Assembly: GCA_934255405.1 (NCBI GenBank) | Contig: CAKQNT010000002.1 | Coordinates: forward strand, 56,668 to 120,667 | Length of the DNA: 64,000 nucleotides | Direction: 5' to 3' | Source of the DNA: an uncultured Alphaproteobacteria bacterium | GTDB taxonomy: Bacteria; Pseudomonadota; Alphaproteobacteria; RF32; CAG-239 | Part shown: positions 47,477-57,712 of the stretch, piece by piece | Layout of the letters: each line of letters opens with the position of its first letter | How positions within the stretch are numbered: the stretch's first letter is position 1 | Notes under the pieces: model-generated | Told to the model about the DNA's origin: nothing | The model's input: the letters and a program-made list of their open reading frames with translations, nothing else | The model's database searches: none | Made by a program: the position numbers and the translations under genes

Positions 47477-50400
47477 TTACCTTCTTGTGCGCCCTTTTTT
47501 AACAACGTTTATATTGCTAGAGGAAGACGGAGTTTCAATTTTGGCTTTGGGTTTGGAAAAATCCAATACCTTTACTTCTTGTTCTTCCGTCAATTCTTCT
47601 GCTTTTTCAATATCTTCAATGTTACGGCGCACAGTGACCGTACGGCCGCTCTTTTTGATGCTGATTGAACCGGTGTTTTCTTCAAGCTTGCGCTGGACTT
47701 CCTCGTTTCTTAGTTTGGCGGCATAAGCTTCTTCTTGGGCGGCAACTTTCTTTTCGGTGTAGTCGCGGTATTCCGAGATGCTGTTTTCCAACTCGCGCAA
47801 ATCTGTTGCGGCGGCGTCGCGCAGGCTTTGGATTTGCGATTTGTATTGTTCAACTTCTTCAATATTATCTGATTTTTGAATTTTGTTGAAGTCGTCCAAA
47901 AGCTGTTTGTCCTGATTATCAAAGTTTTCAAGTTTGTCTTCAATAAAACTGTGCCAGCCGCTGATGTTGCTGTCTGCCGCTGGTTTGAAGTCGGTTATAA
48001 TGGCGGCTAATCTGGAGGCAAAGCCATCTTTGGCACCATTGTATTGAAAGCTTAGCTGTTTGGCCTGATTGTGGCTTTCTACAATTTGATTATAGGTGCT
48101 TTGAATATTCTTTTTTTGATCGGCCAGATAGGCGCTCTTTATTTTGCCGCGCAATTCTTCAAGTTTGGCGGTTGCCTGCGTGTTAGCTGTCGTTAGCGCA
48201 TTAATCAGCTCATCATTGGCTTCTGCGGTTTCTGACTTATTGATGTTTTGTGTCAGGTCTGACGACAAGGTATCAAGCTGTTTGCGGATATCTGCATAAG
48301 AAACACCGGCCTCATTGCTGAAGGCATGCTGCTGTTTGTCCAGAGCTTCGGACATAACGGCAGAAATGTCTGAACTTAGAGCCTTAGCGGCGTTTTTTTG
48401 ATTGTCAATTAGAGAAGTCAGATGATTTTTGAGTGCTGTTTCTGCTGCTTTGACATCAGCTTCTTTTTTGGTTTGGCGGCTTTTGTAAAGATTATACAGG
48501 GCGCTGACATCAATATCTAAAAGCGGAGAATCCGCTTGTCCTTTGAGCGAAAAAGCAAACCCCGGAAGATATTGCGGCTCTTGATATTTGGCGCTGAATA
48601 ATATGTTCATGCTCCATTCCGGCAGGCTGCCGTCGCCGCTTAAGGTTATGGTGGAATCGGCGTTATTCATAACAGCGTTGTTCAAAGTAATCTTGCCGGC
48701 AGAAATTTGAGCTGAGCCTTTGAAGTGCTCAAAAGAAGTGCTGCCGGAAAGCAGATTTTCTTTTACCAGAGCTGACAATCCGTCCGGATCTTCGCGCTTG
48801 GTGATGTCTTGATAAATGTTGGGCAAATTCCAACCTTTGAGATTTAGGTTAGAAAAATCAAACTCAGCTTTGCCATTGAGGCCGGAAACAAAGTCAAATT
48901 CACTGTCAGCAACGCTTTCAAAATCAGACGTAAAGTCAAAAGTGCCGTTTTTGAGCGCGTAGACAGAGCCGCCGGCGTTGAGGCTGTCGGTATCTGCGCC
49001 TTTTAGCGATATTTTTCCTGATACAATCGGGCGGTCATTCATCTGCAAGCGGGCATCAGCATTGAGTTTGCCGCCTAAGTAGTCGGAAGAAAAAGACTTA
49101 ATATCAAGGTTTCCGTTGTTCAGCGAAAGTTCAGTTTGCGTATTGGAAAAGCTGTTTTGACGGTAATTGAGTTCTTGAATGTTGAACTTGCCATCTATAT
49201 CGAAAGAGCGATAAAAACTATAATCAGCTTTGTCTTTTGACCAAAGAGGTTTAGGCAGAAATTCTACCGAAGTATCTGATTTTAGTCCGGTAATTGCCGG
49301 AGCGGCGGCGGACGTATTTTTGTTTAAGAAACGCTCTATTTCAAATTTGTTGATATCCAGTTCGGTTTGAATGGCGGTTCGGCCATTAGAATCGGTTTTG
49401 CGGTTAAGGCTGCCGCTGAAGGTGTTGAAACCGATGTTAACGACCAACGGTTTGGCTTGAAAATTTTCAACCGTGCCGTCAATGGTTGTTTTTAGATTAA
49501 TTAACCCTGTAGATGATGCTTGCGGCGTGTATTCAAAATTAAGGTTATTGAGCATTTTGGCAAAGTCTGGGTGCTTGAGCTCTAAATCGCCGTTGTATTT
49601 GATCTGCTCTCCGCTACGGTTTACCAGACCACTATAGGAGGCCTCTAGGTTCTCAAATCTTATTTTTGAGGTGGTGGCAAAGGTATTAATGTTGCCGTTG
49701 GCAGCGCCGATAATTTGAAAATCATGGAGCTTTTTGTAATCTAAGTTAGGCGCCTTAAATTCAAGTTTGTTAATCAGCGCGGCAACATTGTCAGTTTGAA
49801 TATTGAAGTTAAGCCCTTTGAAAGTCGGTGTCTTGCCGAATCCGTTTAATTGTCCGGATAACTCAATTTTGGAGCTGGCTACAGAACCAATCTGCAGATT
49901 GCTGATGTCCATTTTCCCATCCAACAGGCTGGCTTGGAAATTTACTTTTTCAAACGGCATTTTTTCATAAATGCCAACATCCATTCTGGCCGTAATCTGC
50001 ATGTCAAAGTCATTGAGGAATCCAAGCTTGGAGAAACGGTAAGCCATGCGTTGCGCCCAGTTTTTTTCACGCTCTTCGTTGGGAAGCGAACTTATATAGT
50101 TGTCAAAGTTAATCATGTCGGCATTGATAATCAGCATAATGTCATCTCTGGCGCCGCGTTTAATTCCAGCCTCACCGGAAACAGAGCTCTTGTCCAACGT
50201 AAATTTAAACGGGGAAACCTGAATCCGCCGCAGAGTGCCGGAGAATTTGGCATTGCCTACAGCTTTGCGGTAGGTGGCGGCAGTGCTGACGTTGGGGGCA
50301 ATCTCAAGCCAGTTAAGCGTTTTGAGAAAATCATTGGAGTTGAGGGTGGTGTCAAGATTGTAAAAAGGCTCGTTTTCAAAGGCGGAGACCGAACCTTTGA

Positions 50401-51619
50401 CGCTGAAATCTGTGTCCCCCGGCAGAGTGGCGCTGAGGTTGTTTAAGGTTAAGATGTTTTCTACAATATCAAAACTCAGTTCAAAATTTTTGAGTTGCTG
50501 ATTCTTGTAGGTGGTGCGAACGGCTTTGATATCGGCCAATATGTCAAAATCCAATTCCGGAGAGTATTCGCTTTTTCCGGCCGCATGGTCGGCTATGAAA
50601 TTGTTGAGAGTTTGAGCAAAAGGCGTCAAATCTAGGTCAGTAAGGTTAAAAGCCATGTCAATGCGGGGAGTGACGCCGCCGTTGCCGAATCCGTCATTAA
50701 ACGGCAGTTGCAGATTGCCGGCGCCCTGAGTGTTGCCGTATTTTACAACAATGTTGGACAACGTGAGTTGCTGGGGAGTGAAGTTAATATCAGAGGTAAT
50801 GGCCAGCGGATAATCATAAAAGTCAGGTAGACTGAGGCTCTTGATGTTGGCAGTCCAAAAGTCATGCAGCTTTTTTGATTCAACAATCACGTTGCCATTG
50901 ATAACCTGATTGGCCAGATTGAAATTGCCATCAAAACGGATGTAGCTCTCTGAAGTGGGGTGGGTAATAACCAAATTGAGCGTGGTGGTAAAACTGTCGG
51001 ACAGTTGCCCCAAAGAAACAGCAAAGCCTTCAGGCACGTTGTCTTTGGTGTAGTTGCCCTCAATGCGGTAGGGTCCCATAATGCTTTGGGCAATGATCTC
51101 ACCATTAAGATTTTCTAGTTTTATGTCGATGTTATGCGTTGTATCAACAAGATTGAGAGTGGCGCCGCCGATGCTGACGCTGTTGAGCGCAAAGTGAGAT
51201 TCCTCTATGGCGCGGCGTTGTTCCGGATCAAGGTCAGACTCCCAATTAAGCCGACCGCTTGGCAAAAGTTCAAGGTTGATTTGCGGATTGCGCAATTCCA
51301 TGTGTTGGATTTCGAATTGTCCCTTAATCAGATGGGATAAAGACAGCGTAGCAACCAAATCCTTTATCTCTACCAAAGGTTTGGATTTGTCTTCTCCGGC
51401 GGGGTTGAGAATTTTTACATTGGTTGCGCTCAAATATGGGGAGGGGAGAATCTTAAAAGATATGGGGCCGGCAAAGTTAATCTGTTTGCCGGTGGCCTCG
51501 CTGAACTGTTTGGCAATAACGCTTTTGTGCTCGTTCCAATCGATTGAACTGATGTAAAAGGCAGCGCCGGCGGCCGCGGTTATCAACAGTATCAGCAAAA
51601 TAAGCAACAGTTTTTTCAC
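47477..51619 (-). CDS. AsmA-family giant envelope protein with a long C-terminal coiled-coil extension
   Basis: The N-terminal anchor MKKLLLILLILLITAAAGAAFYISSIDWNEHKSVIAKQF is AsmA-like. About 1000 aa of beta-rich repeats follow, then about 350 aa that are Gln/Lys/Glu rich. Confidence 0.75.
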   Translation of the reverse strand: MKKLLLILLILLITAAAGAAFYISSIDWNEHKSVIAKQFSEATGKQINFAGPISFKILPSPYLSATNVKILNPAGEDKSKPLVEIKDLVATLSLSHLIKGQFEIQHMELRNPQINLELLPSGRLNWESDLDPEQRRAIEESHFALNSVSIGGATLNLVDTTHNIDIKLENLNGEIIAQSIMGPYRIEGNYTKDNVPEGFAVSLGQLSDSFTTTLNLVITHPTSESYIRFDGNFNLANQVINGNVIVESKKLHDFWTANIKSLSLPDFYDYPLAITSDINFTPQQLTLSNIVVKYGNTQGAGNLQLPFNDGFGNGGVTPRIDMAFNLTDLDLTPFAQTLNNFIADHAAGKSEYSPELDFDILADIKAVRTTYKNQQLKNFELSFDIVENILTLNNLSATLPGDTDFSVKGSVSAFENEPFYNLDTTLNSNDFLKTLNWLEIAPNVSTAATYRKAVGNAKFSGTLRRIQVSPFKFTLDKSSVSGEAGIKRGARDDIMLIINADMINFDNYISSLPNEEREKNWAQRMAYRFSKLGFLNDFDMQITARMDVGIYEKMPFEKVNFQASLLDGKMDISNLQIGSVASSKIELSGQLNGFGKTPTFKGLNFNIQTDNVAALINKLEFKAPNLDYKKLHDFQIIGAANGNINTFATTSKIRFENLEASYSGLVNRSGEQIKYNGDLELKHPDFAKMLNNLNFEYTPQASSTGLINLKTTIDGTVENFQAKPLVVNIGFNTFSGSLNRKTDSNGRTAIQTELDINKFEIERFLNKNTSAAAPAITGLKSDTSVEFLPKPLWSKDKADYSFYRSFDIDGKFNIQELNYRQNSFSNTQTELSLNNGNLDIKSFSSDYLGGKLNADARLQMNDRPIVSGKISLKGADTDSLNAGGSVYALKNGTFDFTSDFESVADSEFDFVSGLNGKAEFDFSNLNLKGWNLPNIYQDITKREDPDGLSALVKENLLSGSTSFEHFKGSAQISAGKITLNNAVMNNADSTITLSGDGSLPEWSMNILFSAKYQEPQYLPGFAFSLKGQADSPLLDIDVSALYNLYKSRQTKKEADVKAAETALKNHLTSLIDNQKNAAKALSSDISAVMSEALDKQQHAFSNEAGVSYADIRKQLDTLSSDLTQNINKSETAEANDELINALTTANTQATAKLEELRGKIKSAYLADQKKNIQSTYNQIVESHNQAKQLSFQYNGAKDGFASRLAAIITDFKPAADSNISGWHSFIEDKLENFDNQDKQLLDDFNKIQKSDNIEEVEQYKSQIQSLRDAAATDLRELENSISEYRDYTEKKVAAQEEAYAAKLRNEEVQRKLEENTGSISIKKSGRTVTVRRNIEDIEKAEELTEEQEVKVLDFSKPKAKIETPSSSSNINVVKKGRTRR

Positions 51620-51730
51620 GAGGTTATCTCCTTCAAATTTGCACGGGCGATAAATAGTCTTTGCTTTTATCTTAAGGCTTTATTATTATGCTATATTATT
51701 AATAAAACTTTTAACTGACAAAGGCAAGAT

Positions 51731-52120
51731 ATGAATAATACCCAAAAACTTTTTGATTTAGCCAGAAACGCAGCGGAAAAAGCATATTGTCCATATTCTA
51801 AATTTGCCGTAGGAGCGGCAATTTTGGCCGATGACAATAATTTTTATGCCGGTTGTAATGTCGAAAATATCTCTTATCCGGTGGGAACTTGTGCTGAGGC
51901 GGGGGCGATTGCCGCAATGATAGCAGGCGGGGGCAAAAAAATTGTGGAAATGTTAGTATATGCAGACAGTAAGCAATTGATTTCGCCTTGCGGAGCGTGT
52001 CGGCAGCGGATTGCTGAATTTGCCAACAAAAATGCGGCTGTATATTTGGCAAATAAAGACGGAATCCAAAAATCAACTAACCTTGCAGAGCTTCTGCCCT
52101 GCAGCTTTTCGGAGTTTTAG
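51731..52120 (+). CDS. cdd: Cytidine deaminase
   Basis: CAEAGAI and SPCGACRQ zinc motifs; 129 aa. Confidence 0.9.
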   Translation: MNNTQKLFDLARNAAEKAYCPYSKFAVGAAILADDNNFYAGCNVENISYPVGTCAEAGAIAAMIAGGGKKIVEMLVYADSKQLISPCGACRQRIAEFANKNAAVYLANKDGIQKSTNLAELLPCSFSEF

Positions 52121-52123
52121 AAG

Positions 52124-52939
52124 ATGAGCGATGTTGCAATTGCGATGGCCGAGCAAATAAAAAAACGGCTGAATGGGCTTGAACCTAAAATTGCGATTAT
52201 TTTGGGAAGCGGATTGGGGGGATTGGCTGATGAGATTGAAAATCCTCAATATATTGATTATTCAGAAATTGACGGATTTCCGGTTAGTACCGTAGCAGGG
52301 CACAAAGGACGCTTGATAGCCGGTTTGTTGGAAGGAAAGCAAGTTTTGTGCATGCAGGGGCGGGTGCACCTGTATGAAGGGTATCAGCCGGCGACAATCG
52401 CCAATATAATCAAAGCGTTTAAGTGGTTGGGAATCGAGAATATGATTGTGACAAACGCCGCCGGTTCTTTGCGCAAAGAAAATAAACCCGGTGATTTGAT
52501 GTTGATTTCTGATCATATTAATATGAGTGGCTTTAACCCGCTTATAGGTCCTAATGATGAGCGGTTCGGTCCGAGATTTCCGAATATGAATAATGTGTAT
52601 ACGGCGCAGTATCGCGAGTTGGCGATGAAAATTGCTCGTGACAATGGAATTGTTCTGCATCAGGGAGTGTATTGTATGCTTTCCGGTCCAAATTTTGAGA
52701 CGCCGGCAGAAATTAAAATGTGTCAAGTTTGGGGAGCAGATGCCAATGGAATGTCGACAGTTCCGGAGACAATGACAGCGGCTTATTGTGGTATTAAGGT
52801 ATTGGGAGTTTCGGCGCTGACTAATTATTGCACCGGAATTGAAGGCGGCGCGCCCTCTCATGCGGAGACTTTGGCTACCGCGGCTAAGGCCTCAAGCAGT
52901 CTGATTCTTTTGGTTAAAAAATTTGTCGGAGAATTATAA
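52124..52939 (+). CDS. punA: Purine nucleoside phosphorylase (trimeric PNP/MTAP family)
   Basis: ILGSGLGGLAD, GRVHLYEGY and GMSTVPE motifs. Confidence 0.88.
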   Translation: MSDVAIAMAEQIKKRLNGLEPKIAIILGSGLGGLADEIENPQYIDYSEIDGFPVSTVAGHKGRLIAGLLEGKQVLCMQGRVHLYEGYQPATIANIIKAFKWLGIENMIVTNAAGSLRKENKPGDLMLISDHINMSGFNPLIGPNDERFGPRFPNMNNVYTAQYRELAMKIARDNGIVLHQGVYCMLSGPNFETPAEIKMCQVWGADANGMSTVPETMTAAYCGIKVLGVSALTNYCTGIEGGAPSHAETLATAAKASSSLILLVKKFVGEL

Positions 52940-53670
52940 TGGATAATGTGACAGCTGCCAAAATATTGATAAGTTCGCTGGATTTAACTTCGCTTAGTCA
53001 TGACGATACCAAAGAGAGTATTACAGATTTGTGCAAACGCGCAGTCACCAAATATGGCAACGCCGCGGCGGTTTGTATCTATCCGGAATTTATTCCATTT
53101 GCTTTGGCGGCAGCGCCTCAAGGGGTAAATATCGCAACGGTGGTGAATTTTCCTGCCGGCGGCAATGATATTAAGAGCGTGGAAAAAGAAATAAAAAAAG
53201 CAATTAAGGCCGGAGCTGATGAAATAGACGCGGTTTTGCCATATCGGGATTTGTTGAGCGGTAATGAGGAAGTTTGCCGCAGCTTTTTGGATATGTGCCG
53301 TGAAACGACAGTCGGTAAGCTCTTGAAGATTATTATTGAAAGCGGTGAACTGAAAAGCACGTCTTTGATTAAAAAAGCCACGCAAATGTGCATTGATGCA
53401 AAGGTGGATTTTGTTAAAACTTCTACCGGAAAAACCAAAGTCTCGGCTACTCCGGAGGCTGCTAACGCTATTTTGGAGGTTATAAGAGCCAATGGCGGTA
53501 AAACCGGTTTTAAGGCAAGCGGAGGAATCAAAACAACCGAAGACGCAAAAAAATATTTGGTGTTGGCTAATGCTATTTTGGATCCGGCATGGCCGACGCC
53601 TGCTCGATTCAGAATTGGCGCCAGTTCGGTATTGGACGATTTGTTAAAAACCATAGAACAAGGATTTTAG
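52939..53670 (+). CDS. deoC: Deoxyribose-phosphate aldolase
   Basis: LDLTSL, FVKTSTGK (Schiff-base Lys) and KASGGI. Confidence 0.88.
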   Translation: MDNVTAAKILISSLDLTSLSHDDTKESITDLCKRAVTKYGNAAAVCIYPEFIPFALAAAPQGVNIATVVNFPAGGNDIKSVEKEIKKAIKAGADEIDAVLPYRDLLSGNEEVCRSFLDMCRETTVGKLLKIIIESGELKSTSLIKKATQMCIDAKVDFVKTSTGKTKVSATPEAANAILEVIRANGGKTGFKASGGIKTTEDAKKYLVLANAILDPAWPTPARFRIGASSVLDDLLKTIEQGF

Positions 53671-53672
53671 AT

Positions 53673-54983
53673 ATGTTACCACAGGAAATTATTCGGCGTA
53701 AACGTAACAAACTTCCGCTTAGCAAAGAGGAGATAGATTTTTTTATCAAGGGTGTGACTGATGGAAGTATTGTCGATGCGCAGGCTGCGGCGCTGACTAT
53801 GGCGATATTTTTAAACGGGATGAATGTTGCCGAGACTACCGCGTTGACACAGGCAATGCGGGATTCCGGCGATGTTTTAAACTGGGCAGAACTTGATGCG
53901 CCGGTGGTTGATAAACATTCTTCCGGTGGGGTCGGCGATAAGGTCAGTTTGATGTTGGCGCCGATGTTGGCGGCTTGCGGCGTATATGTGCCGATGATTT
54001 CAGGACGCGGATTGGGGCATACCGGCGGAACTTTGGATAAATTTGATTCAATTGCAGGATATCAGACGGTGCCGAGCAATGAATTGTTTAAGAAAGTGGT
54101 TAGAGAGGTTGGGTGCGCTATTATCGGACAGACCGGCAGCTTGGCTCCGGCGGATAAAAAAATTTATGCTCTGCGCGATGTGTGCGGAACGGTTGAATCG
54201 GTTGAGCTGATTACTGCTTCGATCCTTTCTAAGAAATTGGCCGCCGGATTGGACTGTTTAGTTATGGATTTGAAGTGTGGTAACGGCGCGTTTATGGAGA
54301 ATTTGGAACGCGGGCGGGAGTTGGCTCGCTCAATTGTTAATGTGGCTAATGCCGCCGGATGCAAAACCAAGGCAGTGTTAACCGATATGAATCAGGTGCT
54401 GGGACGCGCCGCCGGTAATGCTGTTGAAGTTAAGGAAGCTGTCGATTATCTTAAAGGTGAAAATGTGGATGCTCGTTTGCATAAAATCACATTGGAGCTT
54501 TGTGCGGAATTGCTGGTGTTGAGCAAGACAGCGGTTGATTTAGATGCGGCAAAAGCCAAGTTGCAACAGGTGTTGGATAACGGGCAGGCTTTGGAGAAAT
54601 TTGCGCAAATGGTTGCCGCGCTTGGCGGACCAAAGGATTTTTGTGATAATCCTGAAAAATATATGCCGCAGGCGGCTATTGTTCGTCCGGTTTTTGCACT
54701 GCAGGAGGGCTATGTTGTCAATCAGGATACCAGAGGAATTGGTTTGAGTATTATTGAGCTGAAAGGCGGGCGCATTACTCCGGAGCAAAAATTGGATTAT
54801 GCCACCGGATATACTGATTTTTGCCAAATCGGCGATAAAGTTGATAAGCAGACGCCGTTGGCAGTGGTGCATGCTCAAACCGAAGAGCAGTTTGCAATTG
54901 CTCAAGACAATTTGCGCCGGTTGATTGAAGTCGGAGATAAGCAACCGAAAAAACAGCCGGAAATTATTGAGAAGATAGGTTAA
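53673..54983 (+). CDS. deoA: Thymidine phosphorylase
   Basis: MLPQEIIRRKRNKLPLSKEEIDFFIKG and DKHSSGGVGDK. Start at the ATG at 53673 rather than the track's 53589. Confidence 0.92.
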   Translation: MLPQEIIRRKRNKLPLSKEEIDFFIKGVTDGSIVDAQAAALTMAIFLNGMNVAETTALTQAMRDSGDVLNWAELDAPVVDKHSSGGVGDKVSLMLAPMLAACGVYVPMISGRGLGHTGGTLDKFDSIAGYQTVPSNELFKKVVREVGCAIIGQTGSLAPADKKIYALRDVCGTVESVELITASILSKKLAAGLDCLVMDLKCGNGAFMENLERGRELARSIVNVANAAGCKTKAVLTDMNQVLGRAAGNAVEVKEAVDYLKGENVDARLHKITLELCAELLVLSKTAVDLDAAKAKLQQVLDNGQALEKFAQMVAALGGPKDFCDNPEKYMPQAAIVRPVFALQEGYVVNQDTRGIGLSIIELKGGRITPEQKLDYATGYTDFCQIGDKVDKQTPLAVVHAQTEEQFAIAQDNLRRLIEVGDKQPKKQPEIIEKIG

Positions 54984-54992
54984 CCCAAAAAA

Positions 54993-55021
54993 GAAAACCG
55001 CTCTGAGAAAGAGCGGTTTTC
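54993..55021. terminator. Bidirectional terminator (deoA / tolB)
   Basis: gaaaaccgctc-tgagaaa-gagcggttttc. Confidence 0.7.
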
Positions 55022-55028
55022 TTGTGCT

Positions 55029-56345
55029 TTATGGCAATAAGGGTGACCACGCAGGATCTGAGCCGTCGGCCGGAGTTATAATTTGGCGTTCATTATACCC
55101 TGTCAGGTCGATGGAATAAAGCTTAACCGGAGCTGAGCTGCGGCGTCCGCCTTTGTCCTGACGGAAGTACATCAGAACGCGTCCGTTTGGAGACCATGTC
55201 GGACCTTCTACCAGATAGCCACTGGCCAGCAAACGCTCGCCACTGCCATCAGGATACATTACACCAATATAAAATTGTCCGCCGGCCATTTTGGTAAAGG
55301 CAATATAGTCACCGCGAGGAGACCATACCGGAGTGGCGTAGCGTCCGGAGCCAAAACTAATGCGGTGGGCGTCACTGCCGTCGGCGTTCATAATGTAGAG
55401 CTGTTGGTTGCCTCCGCGATCAGAATTAAATACAATCTGGCTGCCATCCGGCGAGTAGCTTGGGGAGGTGTCGATAGCTCTTCCCCAAGTAAGCTGTTTG
55501 CTGGTGCGGGTTTTGAGATCCATTTCATAGATATTGGTTTTGCCGCCGGAGGCATAGCTTAGGAGTACTTTGGAGCTATCAGGCGAAAAACGTGGGGCAA
55601 AAGTCATGCCGGGGAAGTTGCCTAACAACATTTGTTTGCCGGTTTCAATGTCCAAAATGTATACTCTCGGAGAATCGCCACTGTATGACATATAAGTAAT
55701 TTTTTGCAGGTTGGGAGAAAAACGAGGAGTAAGAGCCAAAGAACTGCCGGAAGTCAGAAATTTGTGATTCTCTCCATCCTGATCCATAATGGCCAGACGC
55801 TTAACTCGGCGAGTGGCAGGACCGGTTTCGGAAACATAAACAATGCGGGTGTCAAAATAGCCTTTTTCACCAGTAAGGCGTTCGTAGATGGCATCGGCCA
55901 TAACGTGAGCTACACGGCGCCAGTTGTCTTTGGTGGTGGTGAAAGACTGTCCTTTCATCTGATTTTCGGCGTATACATCCCATAGTCTGAATTCTATCCG
56001 CAGATTGTTGGAATCCAGTTCTTTTACCGAGCTTTGAACCAATGCTTGGGCATTAATCGCTTTCCAGTCAATAAAAGCCGGTTCTTCATCCATGGATTTA
56101 AATTCTTGGATATAACTGCGTTCATTGATAATCTTAAACAAACCGGAACGCTCTAAATCTGCAATAACCACATCGCGAATCTGTCCGGCATAGCGTCCGA
56201 CCCAGAATCCATCGTGAATCATTTCCGGAAAAGCAATCGGCATGGGATCGCGCATGGCGCCGGTGACATCTATTTGCAATTCAGCGCGAGCCGGTGCCGC
56301 CGCCAAAAGTCCGCATAAAAGTATCAAAATGTATTTTAATTTCAT
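55029..56345 (-). CDS. tolB: Tol-Pal system beta-propeller protein TolB
   Basis: Signal peptide, then repeated PxWSPDG-type blades ([33 protein letters not shown]). Confidence 0.92.
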   Translation of the reverse strand: MKLKYILILLCGLLAAAPARAELQIDVTGAMRDPMPIAFPEMIHDGFWVGRYAGQIRDVVIADLERSGLFKIINERSYIQEFKSMDEEPAFIDWKAINAQALVQSSVKELDSNNLRIEFRLWDVYAENQMKGQSFTTTKDNWRRVAHVMADAIYERLTGEKGYFDTRIVYVSETGPATRRVKRLAIMDQDGENHKFLTSGSSLALTPRFSPNLQKITYMSYSGDSPRVYILDIETGKQMLLGNFPGMTFAPRFSPDSSKVLLSYASGGKTNIYEMDLKTRTSKQLTWGRAIDTSPSYSPDGSQIVFNSDRGGNQQLYIMNADGSDAHRISFGSGRYATPVWSPRGDYIAFTKMAGGQFYIGVMYPDGSGERLLASGYLVEGPTWSPNGRVLMYFRQDKGGRRSSAPVKLYSIDLTGYNERQIITPADGSDPAWSPLLP

Positions 56346-56481
56346 GTTTTTTCTTCCATATTTAGAATCTAAAATTGTTTGAATGATAGCTTAAGTTGGT
56401 TAAAATTCAATTAGCGTATAGATATGAGAAAAGTATTTTTATCGCTCTTGACAGTGAAACATAATCAGTTAAACTCTCCCT

Positions 56482-56943
56482 ATGAATATTCAAGAATTTA
56501 AATCTCAAATTAAACCGCATACCGCAATAATCGGGTTTGATTATGGCGATAAGCGATTAGGCGTTGCACTGTCAGACTTATTGTGGATGGTGGCAACACC
56601 GCAAAAAACGATTTTTCGCACCAATCTTAAAGACGATATCAAGCAAATTGTTCGTCTGGCCGAAGAACGAGAAGTCGGAGGAATTGTTTATGGGCTGCCA
56701 TTGCAAATGAATGGGCAAGAAGGGGAAACCGCAGTCAAAGTCAGGCAGTTCGCCGCTGAGCTTTATAAATTTTTGCCCCTGCCATACACTTTTTGGGATG
56801 AGCGCTTATCTTCTCGCGCCATAGAAAGTTTTTTAATCAATCAAGTCGATATGTCTCGTACCAAGCGGAAACAAGTTTTAGATAGTTCGTCGGCGGGGTA
56901 TATATTGCAGGGTTTTCTTGATTTTTTGAGCAAGCTCGTCTAG
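56482..56943 (+). CDS. ruvX: YqgF/RuvX putative pre-16S rRNA nuclease
   Basis: IIGFDYGDKRLGVALSD. The last four codons and the stop (agc aag ctc gtc tag) lie inside repeat copy D. Confidence 0.88.
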   Translation: MNIQEFKSQIKPHTAIIGFDYGDKRLGVALSDLLWMVATPQKTIFRTNLKDDIKQIVRLAEEREVGGIVYGLPLQMNGQEGETAVKVRQFAAELYKFLPLPYTFWDERLSSRAIESFLINQVDMSRTKRKQVLDSSSAGYILQGFLDFLSKLV

Positions 56944-57123
56944 CGGTACATCTAGAGCGATTTTACGGTGACAGAAAATGCTCACGTACTAGTCGTGTAC
57001 GCTCCACTTTTCTGCACCTAGAAATCACTCTATCTGTACCACTATCCGAGCTTGCTAGAGATTGCGCAGGACGGCGACATACTCATTTACCTTTTTGTAA
57101 ACTCCGGTGTCGCCGCCTTTTTT
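56930..57123 (+). repeat. Mosaic palindromic intergenic repeat, copy D (both modules)
   Basis: Left arm at 56930-56957, right arm at 57028-57055, then the ggcgaca...tgtcgcc hairpin (57073-57114) with a T run. It fills the whole ruvX/GNAT spacer. Confidence 0.85.
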
Positions 57124-57561
57124 CTATAAATCCTTAACCATTTTGGCAAAGGTTAATCCTTGTTCTTCAAAAATATCGCCTTCCTGATGAAATCCGACTT
57201 TTTCATAAAAATGAATTGCACTTAGTCTGGCATTGATAAAGATCTTTTTGTATCCGGCTTCACGGGAGCGTTCTTCTGCGTATTGAACCATTGCGCGGCC
57301 AATGCCTTCATGCTGGTATTTGGTTTCTACGGCAACTTGCAACAGACGCACGGTATCGTTATCTATCGGAGCCAGCATCAATCCGCCGATGAGCTTGTCA
57401 TCAAGGCTTTCAATACAACCGATATGAAGGTAATTCATTTCTTTTTGGCGGTGAGAATCCAGAAATTTAAGTCCAAGCGGTTCAAGCAAAATCTTGTAAC
57501 GCAACTCGACCAACTCGTCATAACGAGTTGAACCGAAATCAATGTCTATCATCTTTTTCAT
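57124..57561 (-). CDS. GNAT-family N-acetyltransferase
   Basis: QHEGIGRAMVQYAEERSREAGYKKIFINARLSAIHFYEKVGF. Start at MKKMIDI (57561). Confidence 0.8.
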   Translation of the reverse strand: MKKMIDIDFGSTRYDELVELRYKILLEPLGLKFLDSHRQKEMNYLHIGCIESLDDKLIGGLMLAPIDNDTVRLLQVAVETKYQHEGIGRAMVQYAEERSREAGYKKIFINARLSAIHFYEKVGFHQEGDIFEEQGLTFAKMVKDL

Positions 57562-57712
57562 TGGACCTGCTCCCTTAAAATAATACCTATGTTCTATATT
57601 CAGATTATGCCTCAAATTGTTTGGCCAGTCAATCAATAGATAAATATTAGTTGCGTAATTAAATTTTTCGGGTATTTTCAACATAAATATTAATTCTGGT
57701 TAAGATAATAAG

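Noticed and set aside
52262-52861. 199-aa antisense ORF inside punA. The 133- and 178-aa antisense ORFs in deoC are similar.
   Set aside because: The sense strand encodes clear PNP and DeoC motifs. The antisense products are Arg/His/Ile-rich nonsense typical of frame shadows.
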